Shown one piece after another: positions 46,322 to 58,100 of a stretch of 64,000 nucleotides of DNA (positions within the stretch are counted from its first letter, which is position 1; each line of letters begins with the position of its first letter). The translations under genes were made by a program, and so were the position numbers. Below the pieces are notes generated by a model, which was given only the letters and a program-made list of their open reading frames with translations, was not told the origin of the DNA and did no database searches. The stretch is taken from the IMG/VR virus record IMGVR_UViG_3300028388_004019, positions 64,001 through 128,000 of that record, one strand, 5' to 3'. This DNA is from a virus.

Positions 46322-47704
46322 TTAATTTTGTTGTCCCTCACGTTGCTTACGCTTTTCCATGAGTTCTTTGATTCTATCCCTTTGTTTCTCCTCTCTTTGT
46401 TCTTCTAAACCTAAGAAAGTAACACTCTGTTCAGTATCAATAACCAACATTTCATTATCATACTTACAATTCTCAAATACAACCCCATCCTTTCCGATAC
46501 GGGACTTTGTAATTGCAATGGTAGCCAAGTTCATTTCCTTTTGTTGTAATGACTTCGCCACCGAGATAATTACGTGACCAACCTGAGCCTTCTTAATAGA
46601 ACCACCCATTTGGTCTGTGGTAACAACTTCTGATGAAATTGAAGAACGGTTACCCTGTGTTGCTGTCCAACCAACAATGTCCAACTCGTGACACATCGCC
46701 TCGAACGCTCTCATCACAGAACCTTCACTCTTCCATTCATCACCCAAGTTTTTGTCAGGTGTAATACAATCGATGTAATCCACAACAATCATATCAATCT
46801 TGTTCCCTTCCGCTATCATCTTTCTAACCTGATTCTTGATTTGATTCATCGTCAGGGTATCAGACGGTAACTTCTTCAAAGTTAAGGAATTTTTTGTATT
46901 TTCCTTAATCTCTTTGACTTTATTCATCACATCATCTTTATGATTAGATAAATTGTCAGGAGCAATACCTGTCCATAGTGTGAAGTGCTTACGTTGGATA
47001 ATCTTCGGGTTGTCCTCAAAGAACACCTGAAGAACATTGTAACCCAAGTTGAATGCGTGGTTTGAAATCTTTGTTAAGAAGGTCGTCTTACCCACACCTG
47101 TCGGTGCAAGAATAACTCCAATCTCACCTTTTGCCAATCCACCCTTCATTAGGTTGTCAATACCTGGTACTCCCATCGGAATTGGGTGACGGTAGTCGTC
47201 GTCCAATACCACATCTAAATTTGAGAATACATCAGATGTACCTGTATCCACTTCACCAACCTGTAGAGCTTCTCTAACCATCTCCTCTAAGTGGTCATAA
47301 GATTCAAAATCACCCTTATCGATGATTTTCTGAGCCTTACTCATCACTTTCTGAAGTTCCTGCTGCTTACAGAACTTCAATGACTTCTCTTGAACGAAGT
47401 CTGACCCTTCAATTGGTGCTTCCTTGACATCGTTTAACATGTCGAAGACCATCTTCTGAGCCATCGGAGAGGTAATTTCACTCTTCGTTAGTTGTTCCAA
47501 TGTTGCAAATGTTGGAGTATGTTCATACTTAGTATAGTACTCCTTTACCATCTGCATAATAATTTTGAAATATTGATTATCAAAGTACTTCGGGTCCAAT
47601 ACATCCACAATCGAATTGGCAAAGTCTTTGTCAATCACGATATTATTTAGAAGTTGTATTTGGAAGGAGTTACCAAGGTAACCGAAGTTTTTCTCTTTTG
47701 ACAT
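46322..47704 (-). CDS. dnaB: Replicative DnaB-like helicase, 460 aa
   Basis: APTGVGKTT Walker A; IVVDYID Walker B; TATQGNR; KSRIG. Confidence 0.88.
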   Translation of the reverse strand: MSKEKNFGYLGNSFQIQLLNNIVIDKDFANSIVDVLDPKYFDNQYFKIIMQMVKEYYTKYEHTPTFATLEQLTKSEITSPMAQKMVFDMLNDVKEAPIEGSDFVQEKSLKFCKQQELQKVMSKAQKIIDKGDFESYDHLEEMVREALQVGEVDTGTSDVFSNLDVVLDDDYRHPIPMGVPGIDNLMKGGLAKGEIGVILAPTGVGKTTFLTKISNHAFNLGYNVLQVFFEDNPKIIQRKHFTLWTGIAPDNLSNHKDDVMNKVKEIKENTKNSLTLKKLPSDTLTMNQIKNQVRKMIAEGNKIDMIVVDYIDCITPDKNLGDEWKSEGSVMRAFEAMCHELDIVGWTATQGNRSSISSEVVTTDQMGGSIKKAQVGHVIISVAKSLQQKEMNLATIAITKSRIGKDGVVFENCKYDNEMLVIDTEQSVTFLGLEEQREEKQRDRIKELMEKRKQREGQQN

Positions 47705-47731
47705 ATCAATCTAATTTCTTTCGGGTAAATA

Positions 47732-47738
47732 ATAAATA
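47732..47738 (-). promoter_or_regulatory. TATTTAT motif upstream of the helicase
   Basis: ataaata in the 37-bp intergenic gap. Confidence 0.5.
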
Positions 47739-47741
47739 TGG

Positions 47742-48194
47742 TTAACCTAACTGATATTCCATGTATTCGTAAGATAAATCTTCAGAGGAAAAAAGCTCTG
47801 TCAAACCACGAAGTACACTTTTTAGTTGCGGGCGTATATCTACGGTGTATCTTATTTTCGGCGGGTATAATTTCGCGTCAATAATTTTATGACAAATTGT
47901 CTCCTCCCCAATACGAATTTTTACGTGGAAAGTCTCCGGACCATCAGTGTTTGAAGTGTCCAAAATACTTGGGTCCAAAGCAATTTGGTTGTAGTGGTCC
48001 AACATATACATGTTAGTTCTCGCCTTTAGACTCCTTGTCAAAGTACCAGTGAAATCATTCACAAATTCAATCACATCAATACTCTTACGAGCCTTTGGAT
48101 TGTACCCTCTAACGTTGAAGTAACGTTGCACTACAATGTTGTCATTCAACATCAAAAGGAATTCCATTTTTGTTACGTCATTTTTTTCTTTCAT
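47742..48194 (-). CDS. Hypothetical protein, 150 aa
   Basis: Intact ORF between the exonuclease and the helicase; no motif recognised. Confidence 0.65.
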   Translation of the reverse strand: MKEKNDVTKMEFLLMLNDNIVVQRYFNVRGYNPKARKSIDVIEFVNDFTGTLTRSLKARTNMYMLDHYNQIALDPSILDTSNTDGPETFHVKIRIGEETICHKIIDAKLYPPKIRYTVDIRPQLKSVLRGLTELFSSEDLSYEYMEYQLG

Positions 48195-48196
48195 AA

Positions 48197-49204
48197 CTAA
48201 TTTTTGTTTTTGTAACGTTTTTTTTCTTTTCTACTAAGTTTCATAAACGGTGTTAAAAAATCTACCCAACCATCATCCTGTTTGGGTAAGTACTTGAAGA
48301 TTCCATCATCATTCATCATTCTCATGAGATTCTGATATCCTCTTCCTTCAGGGTCCAACTCTTCTGTATAGTAGAGTTCAACCTCGTCCTTACCTTCATC
48401 ACTTATCATTGGGTGGGACAAATCTACAATCTTTTTGTTAATATCAAAGAATTCTTTTCCTAAAACCCCCCTTTTAGTTTTTCCTTCTAAGATACTCTCT
48501 AAGATTTTTCTCTTGTCACCCTCTGATTGTAATTCTTCAGCTCGGTTTATAATATCATCAACAGAAGTCGCTTTGTCCAATATTTCAGGAAATATCTTCG
48601 CAAAAGTTTTCTCACCGAGTAAGTATATACCATCAATATTGTCAGACTTATCCCCCGATAAAATCTTAAACGTGGTCATGTTGTAATGTGGTATAGAAAT
48701 GTCCTTCAAAGGGATGTTATCTCCCTCCTTAAAGACTTTTCTATGACTGGGTGAGTAGACCTCCACTTTATCAGAGATAAGTTGTGTAAGGTCTTTATCT
48801 GATGAAAATATAGTTTTGTATTCGTCCTCAGAAATGTTACAGTAATGAGCAATCGCATCGTCTGATTCACATCCATCAATGGATACTTGCCTGATAAACA
48901 TTTCTTCCAAATACTTCTTAACTCTCGACAACTGCCATTCAAATGAAATCTGTTGTTGTTCGTTAAGGGTTCTTTTTCTATTTCTTTTGTATTGTTCGAG
49001 CAACTCTCTTCGTGATGTTGAGTTATCCTTCGCATCCCAAAAGACAATGACTTTGTCGTAATTGTGCTCGACTAAGAATTTTTTGAGGGTATTCACGAAG
49101 TGAAAGATTGCACCAATATGGTTTCCCTCATGATATAAATCTCTTACTCCGTGATAACCTATTTTAACTAAGTTGTTTCCGTCAACTAATAATGTCTTTG
49201 TCAA
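48197..49204 (-). CDS. 5'-3' exonuclease / T4 RNase H-like (FEN family), 335 aa
   Basis: LLVDGNN, VFWD, YKRNR, ESDDAI, SSDKDLTQL, GDKSDNIDGI..LGEKT; TTG start. Confidence 0.9.
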   Translation of the reverse strand: MTKTLLVDGNNLVKIGYHGVRDLYHEGNHIGAIFHFVNTLKKFLVEHNYDKVIVFWDAKDNSTSRRELLEQYKRNRKRTLNEQQQISFEWQLSRVKKYLEEMFIRQVSIDGCESDDAIAHYCNISEDEYKTIFSSDKDLTQLISDKVEVYSPSHRKVFKEGDNIPLKDISIPHYNMTTFKILSGDKSDNIDGIYLLGEKTFAKIFPEILDKATSVDDIINRAEELQSEGDKRKILESILEGKTKRGVLGKEFFDINKKIVDLSHPMISDEGKDEVELYYTEELDPEGRGYQNLMRMMNDDGIFKYLPKQDDGWVDFLTPFMKLSRKEKKRYKNKN

Positions 49205-49222
49205 AATACCCTCAATTAAAGG

Positions 49223-50224
49223 TTAGACTTCTTTTACTTCTTCCAATTTGTAGTCACCGTCAGTACCGATGACTCTCTTCCAATATTCCGCTTGTTCGGA
49301 CTTATACTTTTCAATGGACTTCTTCTCTTCTGCAGATTCTTTCCCTGCCAAGAAACCATGAGGTGTTACGATAATCTTACCGTCCTCATATCCCAATCCA
49401 TTGATGTGGTTTTTCATAACCGATACTTTCGTTCTAACTGCAAACTTAACTTTTCTTTTGTCTTTGACCGCAACAATCTTATTGGTACCAGCATTTTTCT
49501 GATTTCCAAATAAGAATACCAATGAGGAGTTCAACCAAATTGCCTCACCACCCTTAGCTTTAATCTTAGGTTGACCAAAAGGATTGTCGGGTAATTCTAC
49601 CCACGGTTGATTAACAATCACCAATGTATTCTCATACTTTGATGTTGCCTTTCTTGAGCCAGCAATTCTTTGGTTGATACCCATACCAATTTTGTCGGCC
49701 AATGCGGCAGCATTATGTTGTTTACCACCCTTACCGTCAAAAGTCATTTTACAAGGAACAGAACCTACAGAATCCCACAAGAATAATAAGTCGTACTCCA
49801 ACTCACCTTTTTCCTGTGCATCCAACAATTCGTTGATGTAGTCTGTGATTTGTTCGATGTAATCAAAGTTGTTGTTAAATAAGAAGAATCCGTCCCAATC
49901 CAATTCACCTGTTTCCTCATCAACAACTTCTTCACATTCGAATCCCATTGTTAATGCGTGGTCAAAAGACCATTTTTGTTCAGTGATAATAAAGACAGGA
50001 AGAATGCCCTTCTTCTGTGCGTCTACCGCGGCTTTAACCAATGCAGTTGTTTTACCAGTATCACTATGACCCAAGAACATATTCAGGTGACCAATCGCAG
50101 GACCAGGTAGACCTACCGCATCCAAAAATGCCTCACCTAAATCTAAAAACCTTTGTGGTTTGTACTTTGCTGAAGTAGAATATTTCTGCTTCAACGATTT
50201 GAAATCTTTTTTCTTAATTGCCAT
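49223..50224 (-). CDS. recA: RecA/UvsX-like recombinase, 333 aa
   Basis: GHSDTGKTT Walker A; LWDSVGS; IVNQPW; KGGEAIWLNSS. Confidence 0.88.
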   Translation of the reverse strand: MAIKKKDFKSLKQKYSTSAKYKPQRFLDLGEAFLDAVGLPGPAIGHLNMFLGHSDTGKTTALVKAAVDAQKKGILPVFIITEQKWSFDHALTMGFECEEVVDEETGELDWDGFFLFNNNFDYIEQITDYINELLDAQEKGELEYDLLFLWDSVGSVPCKMTFDGKGGKQHNAAALADKIGMGINQRIAGSRKATSKYENTLVIVNQPWVELPDNPFGQPKIKAKGGEAIWLNSSLVFLFGNQKNAGTNKIVAVKDKRKVKFAVRTKVSVMKNHINGLGYEDGKIIVTPHGFLAGKESAEEKKSIEKYKSEQAEYWKRVIGTDGDYKLEEVKEV

Positions 50225-50241
50225 ATTGTTTAGTAAATAAA

Positions 50242-50269
50242 GATGGTAAGGACCGAAGTCCCTACCATC
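50242..50269 (-). terminator. 12-bp hairpin with cUUCGg loop between the SSB and recA genes (terminator or stabiliser)
   Basis: Minus strand: GATGGTAGGGAC-TTCG-GTCCTTACCATC followed by TTTATTT. Confidence 0.7.
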
Positions 50270-50278
50270 GTGTTAGAT

Positions 50279-51139
50279 TTAGAATGGCAAGTCGTCATCG
50301 ACTTTCATTCCCGCTTGAGGGTCTTCCACCTTCACATTAGTGTCAGATGATACTGAACCACCCAATGTTACTTCTGTGTCGTCACCATAAACGTATTTTT
50401 TCAATTCTGTATCCCAAACAGGTGTTTCACCTCTTGCGATAGCTTCCAAATACTCAACAGGTTTTTGAGCGTAAACGTCCTGCCAAGTCATCTCATCTTC
50501 AACCCATTCTTTCATCTGAGCTTTGTCAGTATGAATTGGTGCTGGGTCATCATACATAATAGTCTTAACTACTGTGTACTCGATACCTGAAGGTGTCTTA
50601 GCTTTAGACAAATCAACAATCAAGTCACGACCTTCGTTAGCGTCAGTCACATCACCTTTTTGTTTCCAAATTGGAATGATTTTATCCAAGATACCTTCTT
50701 GTTTGTAGTTATCCTTGAATCTCCAAAACTTAGGTCCGTGGTCTTCGTTCTCACGGTCGATAACCTTAACAATGTAGAATTTACGTGGACGGTACTGACG
50801 AGCCAATTCTTTGTCTGACTCTTTACCTGTAGACATCAATTCTTCGTAAACCTCAGTAAGTGGTGAACGCTCACCATCGTTCTTACCTGGGTCGTAGAGT
50901 TTAGTCCACTTACCATCAATCTGTACTTCGTGGTACCACACCTCTTTAAATGGAGATGAACCGTCTGGTGTTGGAAGGATTCTGATTACTTTTTGACCTG
51001 ATTTGGTCCCTTTAGGTAGATACGTTGTAAAGTATCTTTTTAGTCTGTCTTCTTGAGACATTGAATTACCCCCACCGTTATTTGAACGTTGGGTGTTTTT
51101 TTCGTACTGAGCCAGTACAGCATCTAATGCATTTCCCAT
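50279..51139 (-). CDS. Single-stranded DNA-binding protein, T4 gp32-like, 286 aa
   Basis: IRILPT..PF.EVWYH..KFYIVKVIDR..GPKFWRF..GRDLIV; acidic tail DDDLPF. Confidence 0.8.
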   Translation of the reverse strand: MGNALDAVLAQYEKNTQRSNNGGGNSMSQEDRLKRYFTTYLPKGTKSGQKVIRILPTPDGSSPFKEVWYHEVQIDGKWTKLYDPGKNDGERSPLTEVYEELMSTGKESDKELARQYRPRKFYIVKVIDRENEDHGPKFWRFKDNYKQEGILDKIIPIWKQKGDVTDANEGRDLIVDLSKAKTPSGIEYTVVKTIMYDDPAPIHTDKAQMKEWVEDEMTWQDVYAQKPVEYLEAIARGETPVWDTELKKYVYGDDTEVTLGGSVSSDTNVKVEDPQAGMKVDDDLPF

Positions 51140-51187
51140 AATTTTTTCTTTTTACTCTGTTAATTGTTTCTCTTAAACTCAATAATA

Positions 51188-51215
51188 AGTATAGTCTTAT
51201 TACTTCAAAAGTCAA
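51188..51215 (-). promoter_or_regulatory. Sigma70-like promoter TTGACT-N16-TATACT heading the replication operon
   Basis: Near-consensus -35/-10 boxes directly after a terminator and upstream of the SSB gene. Confidence 0.65.
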
Positions 51216-51220
51216 CCGAC

Positions 51221-51256
51221 TGCAAAGAAAAAGACCACCCTAATTGAGTGGTCTTT
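51221..51256 (-). terminator. Rho-independent terminator
   Basis: Minus strand: AAAGACCACTC-AATTA-GGGTGGTCTTT then TTCTTT. Confidence 0.8.
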
Positions 51257-51286
51257 ATTATAGAAAATTTTGTGTGTTAAGTCAAC

Positions 51287-51913
51287 TTATTCTTCGTCTT
51301 CAATCGGGGAATCAAACGATTTTTTGATGTCAGCGTCAGAATAATTCTCAACTTCGTCAGAGGTTAAAACATATTCGTTCTTACCTGTTTGTTGCATCTC
51401 AACTTCTTTGTCAGCGAAGAAGTCCGTCAACTTCTGATTATAAGGATAACTGTCCAAACTTCTTAATTGTAATTTTTCTTCAGGTGACTTCTCTCTGTAT
51501 TTTTCAACCTTAGCTTCGATATCATTAATCTTACTTAATATTGAATCCATCTGAGACAACTTACTTTCCAAGTCGTTTAATTTATCAAACATTGAGTCCA
51601 TATACTCATCTTGTTTATCTGAGATTTCATTTTGTTTGTTTACCAAATCTGTAATCTCCAACTCTTCAGTGTCACCACCCATATCCTCATCAGACTCCAC
51701 ATTACCCTCGTCGTCTAATTTCTCAACATCAGGGTCTGTTTCAACATCTACTGGTTCCGCAATTTCCTCGGCACCCATCTCGACATCCATATCCAACTCC
51801 AAATCGTCACCAGCATCTGCAGCTGGGTCAACAGGTTCTTCTTGTTCTACCAAATAGTTGTTGATGGAATTGTGTCTTTTGAGTTCTTCTAATATTTTAT
51901 TATCTACTGACAT
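51287..51913 (-). CDS. Highly acidic coiled-coil hypothetical protein (possible head/scaffold component), 208 aa
   Basis: D/E-rich N-terminal half; heptad-like region DLVNKQNEISDKQDEYMDSMFDKLNDLESKLSQMD. Confidence 0.6.
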   Translation of the reverse strand: MSVDNKILEELKRHNSINNYLVEQEEPVDPAADAGDDLELDMDVEMGAEEIAEPVDVETDPDVEKLDDEGNVESDEDMGGDTEELEITDLVNKQNEISDKQDEYMDSMFDKLNDLESKLSQMDSILSKINDIEAKVEKYREKSPEEKLQLRSLDSYPYNQKLTDFFADKEVEMQQTGKNEYVLTSDEVENYSDADIKKSFDSPIEDEE

Positions 51914-51924
51914 CTTATTTTAAT

Positions 51925-52149
51925 TTACCCATTTAATAATGTTTTCACACCGTGTGGTGTTTCAACTTTAAGGGTTCTATTCACTTGTCTTGTATTGTCA
52001 ACTCTTTCAATAAGTCCGTCTCTCATACTAACAGTGTAACAGTCTCCTGTATCTAAGTCACAAACTTCTTTGTAACCATTTCCGGCATCTCTTTCAGTAA
52101 TTCTAGTGTCTTTTGACAAATACTGGTCTAATAATGATTTTACGTTCAT
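51925..52149 (-). CDS. Small hypothetical protein, 74 aa (start moved to ATG 52149)
   Basis: MNVKSLLDQYLSK...; TATTTAT motif 16 nt upstream. Confidence 0.6.
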   Translation of the reverse strand: MNVKSLLDQYLSKDTRITERDAGNGYKEVCDLDTGDCYTVSMRDGLIERVDNTRQVNRTLKVETPHGVKTLLNG

Positions 52150-52165
52150 AGTAATACTTTTATTA

Positions 52166-52172
52166 ATAAATA
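52166..52172 (-). promoter_or_regulatory. TATTTAT motif
   Basis: ataaata in the intergenic gap. Confidence 0.55.
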
Positions 52173-52192
52173 TATGAAAAAGTGAATTTATC

Positions 52193-55100
52193 CTAATTTG
52201 TAGATACATACCATTTAATACCCTGGTCAAAGAGTGGTACCACCGTTTCATATCTTTGTTTTATTTGTTTTTCTTGGTCATTGGCAGGATTAGTGATTAT
52301 TCTATTAAATTCACTGTCTGTCGATATTTGCGAGTAGAAGTATTTGATATAAATCTTAGCATAAACATCCTCATTTTTATCATCTGTAGATGATTGACCG
52401 ATTTGAGACATGTCATTATAAACACTTGGAGTATTAAGGAGTGCCTTTATGGAATCCATACTTTTTTTCCAATCTGTAAATGATGCTAAAGGTACATTTT
52501 GTCCACCCATATTTACACAAACCTGACCTTCTAAATCACTAACATCAACACCTCTTAATATCTTATTGGTAGTTAAGTTACCTAAATTACCATTTTTGAA
52601 TTTTACGGAAGAGTTATTTACTGTAAACTCAATCCATGGTATTAAACCTATAAGTCGTCTAACATCCATATCATCTCGTAACAATGTCAATGTTTTAACA
52701 TAATCCTTAATATTACTATAAGAAAGTGTTTCGTCTCTTAACGGAACATAATCTAAACCTACATATCTAGCTATTGGAGTACAGTTCGATGAACCAATTT
52801 CAGTAGCATTACCCTGAACACCATTTGCCGTTGACTGCTCATTTGTAATAGGTGTGGATGTTCCTTCATCATTGGTCACGTTCTGATTTTGTTGTTTTGG
52901 TTTATTATATTGTTCGTTCAACCTCTTCAACAAATCAATATTTACACTCATAGTGAGTTCTTTGATATTTGGGAATGAATACTTGGAAATTCTTACACCA
53001 CTGAATGTTGTCATAAAGTCACCTGGTGTAATATTGTGAGATACATCAGTAATCCAATATGGACCAGTAAACATAGGTACATATCTCAAGTTGAAATACA
53101 TAGTTGGTTGAATCATCACATTACCCATTGATGTAATCTGACAATTATAACTTCTATTTTTATAAATGTTATATAGAGAGGTGGATTGTTGGAACGTCTT
53201 AGAACCCTTACTTTGATTTGCCATATCCGTCAAAATTCTGAACGATTCCGAAGTATCCTTAAATTGTGATTGGTCCAAACTTACTGATTTAAAAATCCCT
53301 TGATTACGAACACCAAAATCTACATTGAAACCTACAACTTTATTAGAAAAGGCATAATCAGTTTTATCAGTCTGATTTTCCCTCAATACTTCAGCCTTAT
53401 ATATATCAAAACTATCATCACCGAATCGGTAATCCACATTCTCAGACTGATTCAAATGTTCAGATACTTTGTCAGTATATAAACATAAAAATCTAGGTCT
53501 ACTATTATTATGGTCTACCTCCAAGAATGTACCAAAAACATCAGAAGCAGAATTTTCAATACCTTCTTCAGGTCTAGCGTCAGGTGAAGGGTCACTCACA
53601 CCATAGAAATTAGTGTACGAAGGTAAGGCCATAAATAACATATTATTCTTTTGTATTAAATGACCAATCAAAGTATAAATTGAATTACCGTTCACTTCAT
53701 CATTTATATAACCAACTAAAGAAGTAACATCTACGATTAGTTTATCACCTATATCTCTGTTTGCCCTGTCCAAGAAAAGGAAATCTTCAAATAACGTTCG
53801 AGTCTCGAAATCACCTCCAGAAATCCATTTATCATTCAAAGCTTTGAAAAATTCATACAATTCTAATTTCGCAGCATCACCAGTCATAGATGACTTGATA
53901 TTTTCTGTCTCTTCAGTTATGACAGGTAAATCCTTATTTAACTTTGTAAATAAGTTATTTTGTATTTTCTTTTGTGAGGAATCTAACAATGTTAAATACT
54001 CATTAAATGAAGTCATAAACTCTGTGGATGACATACTTGGTTTTTCATACTTTTGACTAGCATAAATTTGAATAATCGGACCCAACTGATTCACATTGTC
54101 TTCATTAAACTCGATATCCATATCAATAAAAAAATCAGTGATGAATGACCCACTATCACTGTATTCCATTCCATCTGCATCGTACTCACCCACAACTAAT
54201 CTTAATGCTCTCCATGCATCAGGATAGTTACCCTCACTAATACCAAGTGTAGTACTATTAGTCAATGATGGTAATGAATTAGGTATATAAGTACCAAAAT
54301 CAATCCTTTGATTCTGAGTTTGATATCTAGAATCATCAGTAAATGAATTCCACACTCTCCTGTCAAAATTCGAAGGATTGGCATTTTTAAATATATAAGA
54401 ATTACCCACAAATTTTATCATTTCCTGTTTGAATGACTTGAGTTGTTGATTAGCAATCTTTTTTCCATCCAAATCTTGATTATTAACCAATTCAGGTCTT
54501 TCAACGAAAAACAGACTTCTCATAGTATTGATTAAATTCGGACCTTCAACATTAGTATCTCTGTTAGGGTCTTTACAAAATTTCAAGAATTCTTCTTCGA
54601 ACAAATTCATAATATCTGAATTGAATACAGCTAAAATTTCTTCTATTGAAGAATATTCACTGAGACCTTCTAAGTTGAAACTGTCCTGTTGTGTTTTTTC
54701 ATTATCGATTGTCTTTATATATTGTCTATATGTCGGTTTGTTCAATAAAGACGCATCAAAATAACCATAATGACTACCACCCCAAAGTGTTTTAATTGAC
54801 CCATCATACAAAGGATGGGATAGGGGGTTATTTTCAGTTTTACCTTGGGGGTTAGTTACCTCAAACTGTGATTGATTGAAATCACCACCACCTGCTGATG
54901 GATAACATATTACCCTATCTTTAAAACTCCCATCGTATAATTGAGGTTTATCATAGAAGGTATAATATGAATTTATGTTATACCTCTCAATTTCAAATTG
55001 AACTGGTGGTCCAATACTTACAACAGTGTTATTGAACCTTTCTATATTGAAGGCGGAATTATTATTTGTTGCAATCTTCAAACCTGAACCTGAAAGTTGA

Positions 55101-58100
55101 GTATTACCTGAAAAATAATTTCTGAAATCTTGTGCGGTAGTCCCCGTTATAAATTCATTATAACCAAATAGATAGTTTATGTTATTTATAATTTCAGGAT
55201 AAAAACCAACATTACTTTGTATAGTATTGGCACCTATCTGTGAACCAAAATAGGTCACTTCCATTTGATAGTTAGTTGTACCAGTATTACCATATCTTGG
55301 TATTTTATAAAGTTCTAATTTGGACGGTGATTGACTTAATGGGTCATATAATTTATCCTCATCAATATTAGTCCATACATCATCGAGAATATCGATACCA
55401 TCAGTAATATATTTTTTATATCTATACCATATCGAACCATATTTGACCACCCAAGAATAAGGCATTTTATGTAATGCACCAAACTTGTTATATATTGCAA
55501 AGTTGTAATCATTAAATTCACCTTTTGGATTTCCTTTACCTTTATTCATTTTTTCCCTCAATGTCTGTAGAGGAAGTGAATTTATGAATAAATAACCCAT
55601 CGTCGAATATGGGTTATCAACACCATTTTTACTATCAACCACAGATTTATTTATAGAGTTGATAAAGTAAGGGGTATTCAATAATGAAGTGGTTTGATAC
55701 CTCGAAGTGAAACCAGAATAATTATTTCCGTAATCTATAGCACCTTCAGTAACAAAATAGTCTTTGTTATTTTGTCTTCTTTCATATTCGGCTTTTATTG
55801 TACCATATGATGGAACGGATATTGTAGAACCAGAGTTAGAATACCACGTGGTCGGCATGGATGGTGTATCATTAACTGATGAACTCAAACCTAATTTTGC
55901 CTCATTGAAGGACACAACAGTCTTTTTCTCTGATGAGAAATACATTGAATTTCTTGTAATGTTAGATTGGTCAACTGAACCTAATTCAGAACCTCTCGCA
56001 ACATTTTTCTGTAACCACTCTAAATTTGTCAAAGGGTATACATCGACAAAACCTATACCATCAGTTTCAGGTGATTCCAAATAATTTCTTAATTTGACCT
56101 CACTATCATCTGAAATATCTATAGTTGGTGATTTTTCATTGAATGTTTCTAAATCATATAATTCAAAAAATTTGTCTGTATAATCCCTTATGTATGGTGT
56201 GACGAAAACATCTGCTAGAAATGTATTCCAACTAACCCCCGTCCCATTATTAGACACGTGTGACAATAAACTTTCAAAATTTGAGGAGTTGATACCAAGT
56301 CTTTTGAGTTTCATCTTAAGAAATGGGTCACTCTCAATTGCCTTTTTTATTGTCAATGTTTCAAAATCCGCAACCACTTGATAAAGATTTTGAGGAGATT
56401 GATTAGGTCTAAACAACTTAGAGTAGTTCGAAGAAAGGTATGTTCTTTCCCAAAGTTCGTATAAGAACGGTACCTCACTTAAATTAGTGTATGGAATTTG
56501 AGAATATGGGAATTCAACAGGATTAACAGGAATTGATGATAACTCGGTTTTAGTATTTCCAAAATTTGCCGACTTTTGTTCAACTCTTCTTTGTAATTTT
56601 CCTTTGATAAATTCTTCAATAAATTCAACCTCCGGCCACTTATCATATAGGTATGATTTTGTAGACGATTCCACCTTAGGGTCACCCAAATATTTAACAA
56701 CATACCTTTCATTACCATCTTCATCCAACTCTTTTTCAAAATATTGTGGCCATGGATATACTACTTTTTCTGTATCAGTGTTTGATAATATAGTATCTTT
56801 AGTATCAACTCCATTAGTGGTCTGTTGATTGATAATGACATTTTGTCTTATTGGGTCATCTTTGACGTTCCATGCATCTGTATGCACTTCATCCATCAAT
56901 CTGTAAAATGCATCAACGTTAGCCATCAAAATTGCCATGACATTTCTTATTGTAGGTTTGAACCCTAATGCACCATCAGGATTTTCAATTTTTTGTGCTA
57001 AGGCGGTAGATAATTCTTTTTGAATTGTTTCTGCTTTATCTTTATATATTTTCTCAATCTTATCTAATTTACCCAAGAATGAACTTTTTGTTACATTTCT
57101 ACTATCACTAATCTGACCAAATCCGTAAAATTTTGAGGTTAACTCCTCATCAGGTGTCAAATCTAAATTGTAATATGTATTTTGTATGTTGAAGTAATTT
57201 CGAACTTCTAATTCATAAGCAGCTAAATCCAAATCAGTAGGGGTTGCATTTTTTTGTGATTGATATGATTTTGTTAGATTTACATCGTCAAAATCCAAAT
57301 CAAATTCCAAATCTTCAATCCCTATATTTACAGGAATAGAAGAAGACTTTTTCTTACCCAATATACTATATTCACCATTCTCACCAAAGGTGGCATTATC
57401 AGATAATTTTTGATTAAATTCTTTTATTTTAGCATCTAAGATGCTACGAGCATCTTCTTGGTCTTGAAGACTATCTTTTGTTTTTTTTAACCCATAGTAT
57501 ATACCATTTTCATTGTCTATGAAACGTTTGGTAGTATCCAAATACTCAAATGGCCACCTCGTGTTTCTGAATAAAGTTACATACTCCCTATAACCTTTGA
57601 TTACTTTACCATAACTTTCAATATCATTCAAAACTGATAAGTCCTCTTTACTAAACTGTTGTCTAATAAAATCTTCTAGCCCTTTCAATCTACTATTTAA
57701 TTCAGAAAGAGTTAATCTCGGTAATTTTGGGTCAATTAAACCTTTTGAAACATACGTACTATAAACATCATTTATTACTTTTTCTCCACGAGTAACAACT
57801 ATAGGTGTTGTAACCACCTCATCGTCACCTCTCCCAACAGCTTGAGAAGATTCTCTATTGAGTTGATTATCGATTGTTGTTTGGTCACCATTATAATCTG
57901 AAGGGTCTTCATTACTATCGACTAATAAATTTGTTTCATACATATGAGGTAATGCAAATAACGCACCTAAACTCAAGTCGGATAGTATTGCCGCGGTTCT
58001 ACCGATAAATGAAATAGAAACTTTATAGTTACCGTCAGTCGGGTCAAAACGAGCGTTAAAACTCTTCATCATTAATTCGTAACGAACCGCCTTCCCGTAA

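Noticed and set aside
43302-50224. Inteins or introns in nrdA, nrdB, dnaB and recA
   Set aside because: All are uninterrupted and of ordinary length, with contiguous motifs.
51925-52251. Track start at 52251 for the small ORF
   Set aside because: It overlaps the hub gene end and spans the TATTTAT motif; ATG 52149 fits better.
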